NCBI GenBank assembly: GCA_002269645.1
Contig: NIVC01001887.1
Span: 1 to 64,000, forward strand
Reading direction: 5' to 3'
DNA: 64,000 nt
From: Macrostomum lignano
Lineage: Eukaryota
Shown here: positions 24,032 to 35,660 of the stretch, piece by piece
Numbering within the stretch: the stretch's first letter is position 1
How the letters are laid out: every line of letters begins with the position of its first letter
The notes under the pieces: model-generated
Database searches by the model: none
Told to the model about the DNA's origin: nothing
The model's input: the letters and a program-made list of their open reading frames with translations, nothing else
Position numbers and translations under genes: made by a program

Positions 24032-27000
24032 TCAATTCTCACAACTGTCACTGCCATCATCCTCTGGAATGGTGTCTGGATCTGCTGGTTAGAGAGGAGC
24101 AAGCGATCAGGGCATGGCAGCAGAATTATTGAGAAGAACTAAATCGCCTGCCATACTGAAGCTGTTAGTAATGTAAATTTATTTTATATGCAAATGCGCT
24201 GAAGATGTTGAATAACTTGTTCTTTGAGGGGGCTTGGCAGGTCAAGTTTGATCTTAGCTTAAAGAAAATTGTTAGCACTGGCGCTAGTACATATAGCACA
24301 TATACTATTAACCGTATATGACATTTTAGTAAATTAGAAAAGCACCTGTTAAGTTATTATAGTATCTGAGTCCATAGCAACGGAAGACCATTGGGTCAGG
24401 CCAGTTGCTATAGTATCTGAGTCCATAGCAACGGAAGACCATTGGGTCAGGCCAGTTGCTATAGTATCTGAGTCCATAGCAACGGAAGACCATTGGGTCA
24501 GGCCAGTTGCTATAGTATCTGAGTCCATGGCAACAGAAGACCACTGGGTCAGGCCAGTTGCTATAGTATCTGAGTCCATAGCAACGGATGACCATTGGGT
24601 CAGGCCAGTTGCTATAGTATCTGAGTCCATGGCAACAGAAGACCACTGGGTCAGGTCAGCTATAAAACCCTGGAGATGCTCACCCTTCCTAACAGCCTGC
24701 CCGCCGCCGCCCGTGGTTCGAACCCTTCGCAGGCCGGAGCCGCCACCAGCGTCCAGAGCCTCGCCGCCGTCGCAATCAGCTTCGTCAACGTCGATATCGT
24801 CGAAATCGACACCCTGCGGATCGAAGGCGCTCGGCGGCCGGCGCTGCTGCTGAAGCTGCTGGCGAGTCTGCCGATTGAACGAAGACGACGTCGAGGACGC
24901 CTCGACGCGACTGTTCAGGCTGACGTGCAGGGCGGCGGTCATCAGGAACTGCCGATCTCCGCCACCGCCAACGCCGCCGCCACCACCGCTGTCGGGCGAT
25001 TGCAGCTCGGCGCTAGCAAACTGCTCAGCGGGGCCGAACACCGCCTCGGCGCTGTCGATCAGCGCCTTGGCCACCAGCTTCTGGTGCCCGTAGTCCAGCA
25101 CCTCGCTGAGGCTGGCGGTGCCGCTGGCCGCCTGGGCCGCCTCCTGGCGCGGCCGCAGCACGGTGGGTGCGAACACCAGCGCCAGGTTCTGCGAGCTCAT
25201 CTGGTTGTCGGCCTGTCGGTCGGCCACGCGGGCCAGGTGGTGGAACAGCGCGCCGGCCAGCTGGCGGTTGGCTCGCGGCAGCCTGGCGACCAGCGCGGAC
25301 AGACGGGCGGGGTCGGCGCCGTCGCGGCCGGCCTCGATGAAGTCTGAGTACAGCTCGCCAGTGAGCAAGGCGTCTGGCAGCTGGAGCAGTCGGTGTTTGA
25401 GCAGGCCGCAGACGGTGTGCACAGACTCTGTCTGCAGCGTCAGCGCCGGCTCGTCTGTCGAGTCGCACTGGGCGGAGAGTTCGAGCACGCGGCGCTTGGA
25501 AGCCTGTGGAGATCGGAGGGGAAGCTGGGGTGGATTGCGTGTTGTGCTGCCTGCTGTGCTGTCTGCTGTGTTATGCTCTCTGCTGTGTGTTATGCTCTCT
25601 GCTGTGTTGTGCTGTCTGCTGTGTGTTGTGCTGTCTGCTGTGTGTTGTGCTGTCTGCTGTGTGTTATGCTCTCTGCTGTGTTGTGCTGTCTGCTGTGTGT
25701 TGTGCTGTCTGCTGTGTGTTGTGCTGTCTGCTGTGTGTTGTGCTGTCTGCTGTGTGTTGTGCTGTCTGCTGTGTGTTGTGCTGTCTGCTGTGTGTTGTGC
25801 TCTCTGCTGTGTGTTGTGCTCTCTGCTGTGTGTTGTGCTCTCTGCTGTGGGTTGTGCTGTCTGCTGTGTGTTGTGCTCTCTGCTGTGTGTTGTGCTCTCT
25901 GCTGTGTTGTGCTGTCTGCAGTGTGTTATGCTCTCTGCTGTGTTGTGCTCTCTGCTATGTGTTGTGCTCTCTGCTGTGTTGTGCTGTCTGCAGTGTGTTA
26001 TGCTCTCTGCTGTGTTGTGCTGTCTGCTGTGTTGTGCTGTCTGCTGTGTGTTGTGCTCTCTGCTGTGGGTTGTGCTGTCTGCTGTGTGTTGTGCTCTCTG
26101 CTGTGTTGTGCTCTCTGCTGTGTTGTGCTCTCTGCTGTGTTGTGCTCTCTGCTGTGTTGTGCTGTCTACTGTGTTGTGCTCTCTGCTGTGTGTTGCGCTC
26201 TCTGCTGTGTGTTGTGCTCTCTGCTGTGTTGTGCTGTCTGCTGTGCTGTCTGCTGTGTGTTGTACTCTCTGCTGTGTTGTTCTCTCTGCTGTGTGTTGTG
26301 CTCTCTGCTGTGTGTTGTGCTGTCTGCTATGTGTTGCGCTCTCTGCTGTGGGTTGTGCTGTCTGCTATGTGTTGTGCTGTCTGCTGTGGGTTGTGCTGTC
26401 TGCTATGTGTTGTGCTCTCTGCTGTGGGTTGTGCTGTCTGCTATGTGTTGTGCTCTCTGCTGTGTGTTGTTCTCTCTGCTGTGTTGTGCTGTCTGCTGTG
26501 TGTTGTACTCTCTGCTGTGTTGTGCTGTCTGCTGTGTGTTGTGCTCTCTGCTGTGTGTTGTACTCTCTGCTGTGTTGTGCTCTCTGCTGCTGTGTTGTGC
26601 TCTCTGCTGTGTGTTGTACTCTCTGCTGTGTTGTGCTCTCTGCTGTGTGTTGTGCTCTCTGCTGTGTTGTGCTGTCTGCTGTGGGTTGTGCTGTCTGCTA
26701 TGTGTTGTGCTCTCTGCTGTGGGTTGTGCTGTCTGCTATGTGTTGTGCTCTCTGCTGTGTGTTGTGCTGTCTGCTGTGTGTTGTTCTCTCTGCTGTGTTG
26801 TGCTGTCTCCCGCAACCTAGACGGATATAAAAACGCCGTTTTCGCTACCTCCGTGGTGAAATTCGAAGTCCCAAGCTGATTGCAATACGCCCCAGCAACG
26901 CACCTGCACTCGATAGACGCCGCTGATGGTCAGGCCGGCGCCTTCGGATTCGATAGCTTCGATGCAGCGGCTCACCACTGCCGCGTGCTTGGCAACCTGC

Positions 27001-30000
27001 CTGGCCAGCATCAGCTGATGGTGATGGTGCTGGTGCTGGTGCTGATGCTGGTGCTGATGCTGAGACTCGGAGCCCAGCAGATGTCCGGTGCTGGCCGGCT
27101 TCTTGAACAGGGTCTGGCGTTTGTCGCGAAACTGCAGCAGAGAGCTGGCGGTGTCGCGGGTGCTGCACCAGATGCGAGTGGCCAGGCCCAGCTTGCTAGT
27201 GGCGGTAGCTGTCGAAGTCGACGTCGCGTAGGCGGCCGCGGTGGCGGTGGCGGTGGCCACGCAGACGGTCTCGCCGGCCGAGGACTCCTCGTCGTCCTCT
27301 TCTATTTCGTCCTCGCAGCAGGCGCCGGCCAGGTCGCAGACGTCAGCGGTGAACAGGGTTCCGGGATAGTGTTCCCCGGAGCCGCGACTCTCCTTCCGGG
27401 ACGGCGGGCCGGAGGAGCCGCCGCCGACGCCGAACTCCTCGAAGGTGAACCGCGGCGGCGGATCGTCAGAGTCCAGGCTGATGCAGGTGCGCACAAACTC
27501 GCGGAACTTGCTGCCTGGCCGATAGTTCTGGTGGCTGGTGCGGCTGAGACTGCGCAGCTCCTGCAGTGCGAATGAATGATGAATTTCTAACCCAGTGAGC
27601 TCAGCACGCCTGTGTAGTATGAGACAGACTTGGCCCACAAGGCCCTCGATGCTCTCTCTCTTTCAGTGGCCTTGGCTTCTGTCTTGGCCGTGTTGGGTAC
27701 GGATTCTACCCGGAAGTGAACTCGTGCGTATCAAGTGTATGCGGCCTCCCTATCTCTCAAGGGCCCAGTGTAGCACTGTGCTGATAGACCTTTGGCTGGG
27801 CTCTCAGCTGGGGAGTTTCTTGGTTAGGCCGCCTCCCCCCGGTCGCTGTGGGGTTGTTGGCTGTTGGGTTTGCGGTTACGGCCCAGCGGTCTCTCACCTC
27901 CCGCCCGCTGCACCTAGAGGCCCGGAGAAAGGCCAGTTAAGTGCCGACTCAAGAGCCCATAGACAGCGCTAGCCATGCCGGTTCCGTCGGCCGGTGGCAT
28001 CTCATCAAAACTCTATTGTTTTCCAAAGTTTTCCAGACTTAACTGCAGCAGACATGGCATTGCTAAGCAGTAAAGTAGCTGTTGGTTTTTTGCAACGGGA
28101 GCAGCGGAACACGAAAGAGAAAGCAGGGGGAGCAGACGGGCCCCGGCCCAGGGCTCTCAGTTCGCCCACTTGATTGACTCATAAAGGAGACAAATTAGTC
28201 AGAAAGAGCCCACATGAAAAGGAGTAATTCCCAGGGAAGGAAGGGGAGAAAAGAGGGGGATAGGGCTCACCTTTGTCTCCCACTCGCCGTGGATAGAGAA
28301 GCAATTTCGGCCCCAACGGCTAGCAAAATAAAGATTGATCAGCAAAGACAGTAAGCGGAGCTGCTACTGAGCTGGCGAAGCGGAGGCTGGGCAGAGCAAG
28401 CGATAGGGCTGGCGTGGGAGGAAGCGAGCTCGGGACACCTCTGCAGGGGCGAGCCAGACGGAAATTAACTCTGCGAGAGCGGCTGTCAGCCTGTAAATTA
28501 AGCGGGCACCGCCCCATCGCTCAGTGAGAAAAACACTGAGGAATCCACCTGTGCCCCCCCGCACACACCTGATTGTTGCTCTCCTTGGCCCGAGCGTAGC
28601 ACTCGAAAAAGCCGCATGTGGCCGCTATGAAGCACTGGTCGCCGCGCTCAATCAGCTCGCGGACTGAGCGCAGAATCTCCAGCTTCTTCTTCTCTCGTTG
28701 CTCCGTGACGCCGTTCAGCTCTTCGATGCAGCGCTGATAGGCCCGCCTGGCTGCCTCCCGCCTGGCCACGCTATCCTCCTCCAGCTTCTTCTTGCGCACC
28801 AGCTTGGCCTCGTGCTTTGGGTCTCCGCGCAGCTGCGGCGGCCCGCCACTCCCGCCGCCTGCGCTTGATCCGCCCGAGCCGCCGGTGCCTCCGCCGCCTT
28901 CAAGGCTGGTGGAAGCGACGAGCACCAGGCTGGTGGACTTAGTGTTGGTTTGCACGTACTCGGAGTGGGCCCGCTCCACCTGGCATTGGTTGGGGAACCA
29001 GCGATGCAATGCACTTAACCTGCATAATAACTGCTCCTGCCTGAGGTTGCAGCACGGAGCAGAATTCTCACTGCAAACAAATATACGATTCAGTGCACGG
29101 CATTCACCTGGGGCTTGTGCCGCATTCACCTGGGGCTTGTGCCGCATTCACCTGGGGCTTGTGCCGCATTCACCTGGGGCTTGTCCCGCATTCACCTGGG
29201 GCTTGTCCCGCATTCACCTGGGGCTTGTGCCGCATTCACCTGGGGCTTGTGCCGCATTCACCTGGGGCTTGTGCCGCATTCATTTGGGGCTTGTGCCGCA
29301 TTCACCTGGGGCTTGTGCCGCATTCACCTGGGGCTTGTGCCGCATTCACCTGGGGCTTGTGCCGCATTCACCTGGGGCTTGTGCCGCATTCACCTGGGGC
29401 TTGTGCCGCATTCACCTGAGGCTTGTGCCGCATTCACCTGGGGCTTGTGCCGCATTCACCTGTGACTTGTGCCGCATTCACCTGAGGCTTGTGCCGCATT
29501 CACCTGGGGCTTGTGCCGCATTCACCTGGGGCTTGTGCACGAAAATTGTGGCGGAGTGTAGTAGTGCGATTCAACACCCACGAAGGCAAACACCCCCAAA
29601 GCACAGTGTGTGTGAGTGCGGTGTGTGCATGTGCACGGTATGTGTTTGCATGTGCTCAGGAGTCACCGGAATTGGCCGAATTGCCTCACTGCTAGAAGTG
29701 GGACGATTTCGCCGAAGGCGTTACACCAGGGTGCCTATGCCGGAGTAGCAGAATCAGTAAACAGCAGGAAAGGCTGGAGACTGTGCTCAGAGCATGCCTG
29801 TAGCAAAAATAGTGGCACCCGGCTCTTCTAAGCTAAGAGCGGCCAAATATTTTACTAAATGAAAAATTCCGGGTGCGCCAGCAACAGCAGCATCCGCTGC
29901 CAAGCCCGTGTATCAAAGCGGGTTCACCCGCTGCTCCTGCTCGAACTGCGCCACTCCCTGCCCGCCCGCTTCAGCTCCCGGCATTTTGCCTCATGCATGC

Positions 30001-32112
30001 AAAGGGTCTCATTTTTTTCAATCCCCTACAACGATAAGTGTAGCGAAGTTGGAAACTGCGAGAGACAAACCCGGACAAGACCGGCTGGCATCTGCTTGCT
30101 GCCGCAGTGCTTACTGCTAAACATATCATCGATAATAATTATATAGCTTAAGTCATTTTCAAGAGCTACCGCAAATCAGAGCGACATTCGGCCTGTGAGG
30201 AGGCGAGTGCGTCACACGCTCCCACAGGGTGTACAAGCTCCAGGACAATTCAACGCCAGCTCTCACCTCGGCGCAGCGCTGGTAATAGGCCTGCCTGGCC
30301 TGCTCCATCGCCTGCAGCGACTTGCGCCACAGCCGGACAGCGGCGGCCCAGTCGGCCTTCAGCCGCTTCCTGGCAGCCTCGTGCTCCTTGACCCGCGAGC
30401 GCAGCGCCTCGTGCACGATCTGCGGCACGCTGGCCCGGAATATCTGCTCGGAGGACTGGCAGTCTTGCTGGATGATGGCAGCGCCAGCCATGTAGTAGGA
30501 CTGCAGCGGCAGGCTGCTGGAGGCCTCGGACCGCAGCACCTGCATGAACTGGCCCACCGTGTCGCCCATGCGCTGGTGGTACTCCACGGACAGGGCGCAC
30601 ATCTTCTCTACCGAGTTAGCCACGTCTCGGACGTAGTCGGCCCACTGCTTGGCGCGTCTGGACAGAGCAGGTTTGAGAATCGATTGTGGCCGTAGCTTTG
30701 CTGCCCTCTGGACGGGCTAATGAGATGGCTAGTGTATTGATATAGGGCTCAATAGGAATTGCTTGGCTGGCCAACGACTCAGTGGGAATTGCTCAGATGA
30801 CCAAGGGCTCAAGGAGAATCACTCAGATGACCAAGGGCTCAAGGAGAATCACTCAGATGACCAAGGGCTCAAGGAGAATCACTCAGATAACCAAGGGCTC
30901 AAGGAGAACCACTCAGATAACCAAGGGCTCAAGGAGAACCACTCAGATAACCAAGGGCTCAAGGAGAATCACTCAGCTGACCAAGGGCTCAAGGAGAATC
31001 ACTCAGCTGACCAAGGGCTCAAGGAGAACCACTCAGATAACCAAGGGCTCAAGGAGAATCACTCAGCTGACCAAGGGCTCAAGGAGAATCACTCAGCTGA
31101 CCAAGGGCTCAAGGAGAATCACTCAGCTGACCAAGGGCTCAAGGAGAATCACTCAGCTGACCAAGGGCTCAAGGAGAATCACTCAGATGACCAAGGGCTC
31201 AAGGAGAATCACTCAGATGACCAAGGGCTCAAGGAGAATCACTCAGCTGACCAAGGGCTCAAGGAGAATCACTCAGATGACCAAGGGCTCAAGGAGAATC
31301 ACTCAGCTGACCAAGGGCTCAAGGAGAATCACTCAGATGACCAAGGGCTCAAGGAGAATCACTCAGCTGACCAAGGGCTCAAGGAGAATCACTCAGATGA
31401 CCAAGGGCTCAAGGAGAATCACTCAACTGACCAAGGGCTCAAGGAGAATCACTCAGATAACCAAGGGCTCAAGGAGAATCACTCAGATAACCAAGGGCTC
31501 AAGGAGAATCACTCAGATAACCAAGGGCTCAAGGAGAATCACTCAGACGATCAAGGGCTCAAGGAGAATCACTCAGATGACCAAGGGCTCAAGGAGAATC
31601 ACTCAGATAACCAAGGGCTCAAGGAAAATTACTCAAATGACCAAGGGCTCAAGGAGAATCACTCAGATGATCAAGGGCTCAAGGAGAATCACTCAGATAA
31701 CCAAGGGCTTAAGGAGAGTCACTCAGATGACCAAGGGCTCAAGGAGAATCACTCAGATAACCAAGGGTTTCTGTGGGACAGATATTTGGGGCATTCGGAC
31801 GCAACTGTAGCACTCGGATAATTAAATAGAAACTCACTTGAAGGCGTTCTCCAGGCAGCCCTCCTTCATGGCGAACTGCTGGTCGATCTCGTCAGCAGCC
31901 GCACCGTCTGTCTCAGGGGGCGCCGAGGCGGCGGCGGCAGCGGCAGCTGCGGCAGCAGCAGCGGCAGCGGCGGCGGTCGAGGCGTCTTCGGAAGCGGCAG
32001 TCGGGGGCGCAGGTGAGGAGCCACCGCTCGGCAGCGACTGGAACAGGGATTGAAAAAACTTGGCTGAATCCCAGGTGTGGTGCCGGCGCTTGGCGCCCTG
32101 ACTGTTCGGCAT
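24032..32112 (-). CDS. F-BAR + RhoGAP protein of the ARHGAP45(HMHA1)/ARHGAP29/GMIP family; exons 32112-31838, 30657-30267, 28979-28569, 27560-26904, 25503-24684 and a tentative last exon 24084-24032
   Basis: All junctions are GT/AG and keep frame. F-BAR segments: EIDQQFAMKEGCLENAFKRAKQWADYVRDVANSVEK, RKKKLEEDSVARREAARRAYQRCIE, NYRPGSKFREFV. RhoGAP with arginine finger: SRCIEAIESE..ISGVYRV, VHTVCGLLKHRLLQLPDALL, NQMSSQNLALVFAPTVLRPR. The last exon (ADPDTIPEDDGSDSCEN*) and the start codon are less certain. Confidence 0.85.
24357..24656. repeat. Minisatellite, 51-bp unit with internal inverted repeat GTTGCTAT...ATAGCAAC, in the last RhoGAP intron
   Basis: About 6 tandem copies visible. Confidence 0.93.
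25540..26808. repeat. Intronic minisatellite, 15/17-bp units CT(C/G)TCTGCTGT(GT)GTTGTG
   Basis: Tandem copies fill the RhoGAP intron 25504-26903 and account for the Cys/Val/Leu ORFs. Confidence 0.95.
29098..29538. repeat. Intronic minisatellite, 22-bp unit CATTCACCTGGGGCTTGTGCCG
   Basis: Tandem copies within the RhoGAP intron 28980-30266. Confidence 0.95.
30785..31768. repeat. Intronic minisatellite, 30-bp unit CCAAGGGCTCAAGGAGAATCACTCAGATGA
   Basis: Tandem copies fill the RhoGAP intron 30658-31837. Confidence 0.96.
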
Positions 32113-32499
32113 GCTGCGGCACTAACTGCGGTTGCTACCGAGTTGCTAAGGCCGAATAGATGCGCTCCGGAGTCCCAACCTGACTAAGGTGGGCGGAGAA
32201 GAATTCCAGCTACTTAACTAAACAAGGCGGAGGCGCCGGGCCAGTTTTCTCACCTGGCTAGCAGGACAGTCTGCACTGCCGCTGATCATTTGCGACCCGG
32301 CCTGAGCCAATCAGCGAGTGCCGGTGAGGCGCTGAGATGAGACTAATGGGGCAATGAAGCATGGGCCCAAAACACACCGGTGGGGTTTGTTGGTTCGTGG
32401 AGAATTAGAAATAGGAGACAAAGGCGGCGGGCCTGACAGAGCCAGCAGGAAGAGGTACATTAAAATTAATCACTAGAGTAAGGTACACGTGAACTGTGG

Positions 32500-33450
32500 C
32501 GACCCAACCCCCCGAGGATCTGGGAGGGTGGCGACCCAACCCTCGAGAATCTGGGAGGGTGGCGTCATAACACCTGAGGATCTGGGGGAATGGCGGCCCT
32601 ACCCCTGAAGATCTGAGAGGGTGTTGTCAAAACACCTAAGGATCTGGGAGGGTTGCGGCTAAACCCCTAAGGATCTGAAGGGTGGCCCAGCCTGAGGATC
32701 TGAAGGGTGGCCCAGCCTGAGGATCTGAAGGGTGGCCCAGCTTGAGGATCTGAAGGGTGGCCCAGCCTGAGGATCTGAAGGGTGGCCCAGTCTGAGGATC
32801 TGAAGGGTGGCCCAGCCTGAGGATCTGAAGGGTGGCCCAGTCTGAGGATCTGAAGGGTGGCCCAGCTTGAGGATCTGAAGGGTGGCCCAGCTTGAGGATC
32901 TGAAGGGTGGCCCAGCTTGAGGATCTGAAGGGTGGCCCAGCCTGAGGATCTGAAGGGTGGCCCAGCCTGAGGAACTGAAGGGTGGCCCAGCCTGAGGATC
33001 TGAAGGGTGGCCCAGCTTGAGGATCTGAAGGGTGGCCCAGCTTGAGGATCTGAAGGGTGGCCCAGCCTGAGGATCTGAAGGGTGGCCCAGCTTGAGGATC
33101 TGAAGGGTGGCCCAGCTTGAGGATCTGAAGGGTGGCCCAGTCTGAGGATCTGATGGGTGGCCCAGCCTGAGGATCTGAAGGGTGGCCCAGTCTGAGGATC
33201 TGATGGGTGGCCCAGCCTGAGGATCTGAAGGGTGGCCCAGCCTGAGGATCTGAAGGGTGGCCCAGTCTGAGGATCTGAAGGGTGGCCCAGTCTGAGGATC
33301 TGATGGGTGGCCCAGCCTGAGGATCTGAACTTCTGAAGGGTGGCCCAGTCTGAGGATCTGATGGGTAGCCCAGCTTGAGGATCTGAAGGGTGGCCCAGTC
33401 TGAGGATCTGATGGGTGGCCCAGTCTGAGGGTCTGAGCGGTGGCGATCCA
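32500..33450. repeat. Minisatellite, 25-bp unit GAGGATCTGAAGGGTGGCCCAGCCT, degenerate at 32500-32660
   Basis: Tandem copies visible. Confidence 0.94.
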
Positions 33451-34090
33451 ACCCCTGACGATCTGGCTGGGAGATGACTGTCATAACTCACAGATGACTC
33501 ACAGGCTTAAATATAATCAGCAACAGTCAAAGATGAGATCATTTAACACAACAGGCACCCGAAGTAATGAACAGCGCATTGCAAGATTCCAAAATGTGTG
33601 CAGAATTCTACCTGGCCCAGCGCACCTTCTGGCCCTGTCCTTGGCCACTTGGCCGCTTATTACGAATAGCTGTTGCCCACAAGAAAAGCTGCGAGGGCAT
33701 GCAAAACATGAGGCACTGGGGGGTGATTCTGCGGACAGGCAGACCGGGTGAAGCCCGGTGGAGCTGGGCAGGCATTTAGAATTTACATAAAACCGCAAAT
33801 TGCATTGCAGAAGCCAGAAATTGCGCCTGCCGCTCAGACAGAAATAGTACATAAACACTGAATAGCATATTAATGAATTCAGGCTCTTAACTTTACAAAT
33901 ATCAACCAACTGGCGGGTCCTCTAGAAACCAGCGCTGCTCAACTCTAATACCACTCAATTCCGGGGATTATACAAGTATACCGTAGCACGAATCTTCCAT
34001 TCTAATGAAATGAACGACCAGAACACGGCAGATTCTTGCTACTCACTACTGACCAGCAGTAGGGTGGAGACAGTAAACTGAGTCTCTCAC

Positions 34091-34260
34091 CATTTTGGTC
34101 AGCTTGCGGTTGACAGTCAGGCGCAATCTGGGCAGAGCGGCAGTCAGCGGCACCGCATCAGCAGACTCTGCGCTTGGCTATTGAATTCTCCGGATGACAG
34201 CGCGCACCGCGTCAGCAATTTGTCTCTTGAAGAAGAAACAGAAATCCGAAAGGCGGAAGA
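34091..34260 (-). other. Candidate upstream (5'UTR/first) exon of the RhoGAP gene
   Basis: Unique GC-rich island between arrays, bounded on the minus strand by a T-rich TTTTTCAG acceptor (34261-34263) and an ATG|GTGAGA donor (34090). Confidence 0.35.
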
Positions 34261-34399
34261 ACTGAAAAAAAAAGTTTAGAATAGACTTTTAAGCATTAAT
34301 AAATTGATGACAAATATAAAACTGATTCATAAAGCAGCATTGTAATTATAGAATACATTTAATTTTAAACACTATAAGTCGTGAACACTAAAAACAAAA

Positions 34400-35660
34400 A
34401 ACAGCTGAACAAGGACTTGTCAACAGCTGAACAAGGACTTGGAGAGTCGGCAGCTGAACAAGGACTTGTCAACAGCTGAACAAGGACTTGGAGAGTCGGC
34501 AGCTGAACAAGGACTTGAAGAGTCAGCAGCTGAACAAGGACTTGGAAAGTCGGCAGCTGAACAAGGACTTGGAGAGTCGGCAGCTGAACAAGGATTTGAA
34601 GAGTCGGCAGCTGAACAAGGATTTGCAGAGTCGGCAGCTGAACAAGGACTTGGAGAGTCAGTAGCTGAACAAGGACTTGAAGAGTCAGCAGCTGAACAAG
34701 GACTTGGAGAGTCGGCAGCTGAACAAGGACTTGAAGAGTCAGCAGCTGAACAAGGACTTGGAGAGTCGGCAGCTGAACAAGGATTTGAAGAGTCGGCATC
34801 TGAACAAGGATTTGCAGAGTCGGCAGCTGAACAAGGACTTGGAGAGTCAGTAGCTGAACAAGGACTTGAAGAGTCAGCAGCTGAACAAGGACTTGGAGAG
34901 TCGGCAGCTGAACAAGGACTTGAAGAGTCAGCAGCTGAACAAGGACTTGGAGAGTCGGCAGCTGAACAAGGATTTGAAGAGTCGGCAGCTGAACAAGGAT
35001 TTGGAGAGTCGGCAGCTGAACAAGGATTTGGAGAGTCGGCAGCTGAACAAGGATTTGAAGAGTCGGCAGCTGAACAAGGATTTGGAGAGTCAGCAGCTGA
35101 ACAAGGACTTGGAAAGTCGGCAGCTGAACAAGGACTTGGAGAGTCGGCAGCTGAACAAGGACTTGAAGAGTCAGCAGCTGAACAAGGACTTGGAGAGTCG
35201 GCAGCTGAACAAGGACTTGAAGAGTCAGCAGCTGAACAAGGACTTGGAGAGTCGGCAGCTGAACAAGGATTTGAAGAGTCGGCAGCTGAACAAGGATTTG
35301 GAGAGTCGGCAGCTGAACAAGGATTTGGAGAGTCGGCAGCTGAACAAGGATTTGAAGAGTCGGCAGCTGAACAAGGATTTGGAGAGTCAGCAGCTGAACA
35401 AGGACTTGGAAAGTCGGCAGCTGAACAAGGACTTGGAGAGTCGGCAGCTGAACAAGGATTTGGAGAGTCGGCAGCTGAACAAGGATTTGGAGAGTCGGCA
35501 GCTGAACAAGGATTTGAAGAGTCGGCAGCTGAACAAGGATTTGGAGAGTCAGCAGCTGAACAAGGACTTGGAGAGTCAGCAGCTGAACAAGGACTTGGAG
35601 AGTCAGCAGCTGAGCAAGGACTTGGAGAGTCAGCAGCTGAGCAAAGCACTTAGCAGCTGA
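34400..35660. repeat. Minisatellite, 27-bp unit AGTCGGCAGCTGAACAAGGACTTGGAG, with 7- and 11-unit higher-order blocks
   Basis: Tandem copies visible; variant units recur at 189- and 297-nt offsets. Confidence 0.96.

Noticed and set aside
25118-26879. Cys-rich keratin-associated or metallothionein-like ORFs
   Set aside because: They are the antisense reading of an intronic TG-rich minisatellite in the RhoGAP gene.
30763-31821. 352-aa QGLKENHSDD repeat ORF
   Set aside because: It lies antisense within a RhoGAP intron whose junctions are well supported, and is simply the 30-bp array.
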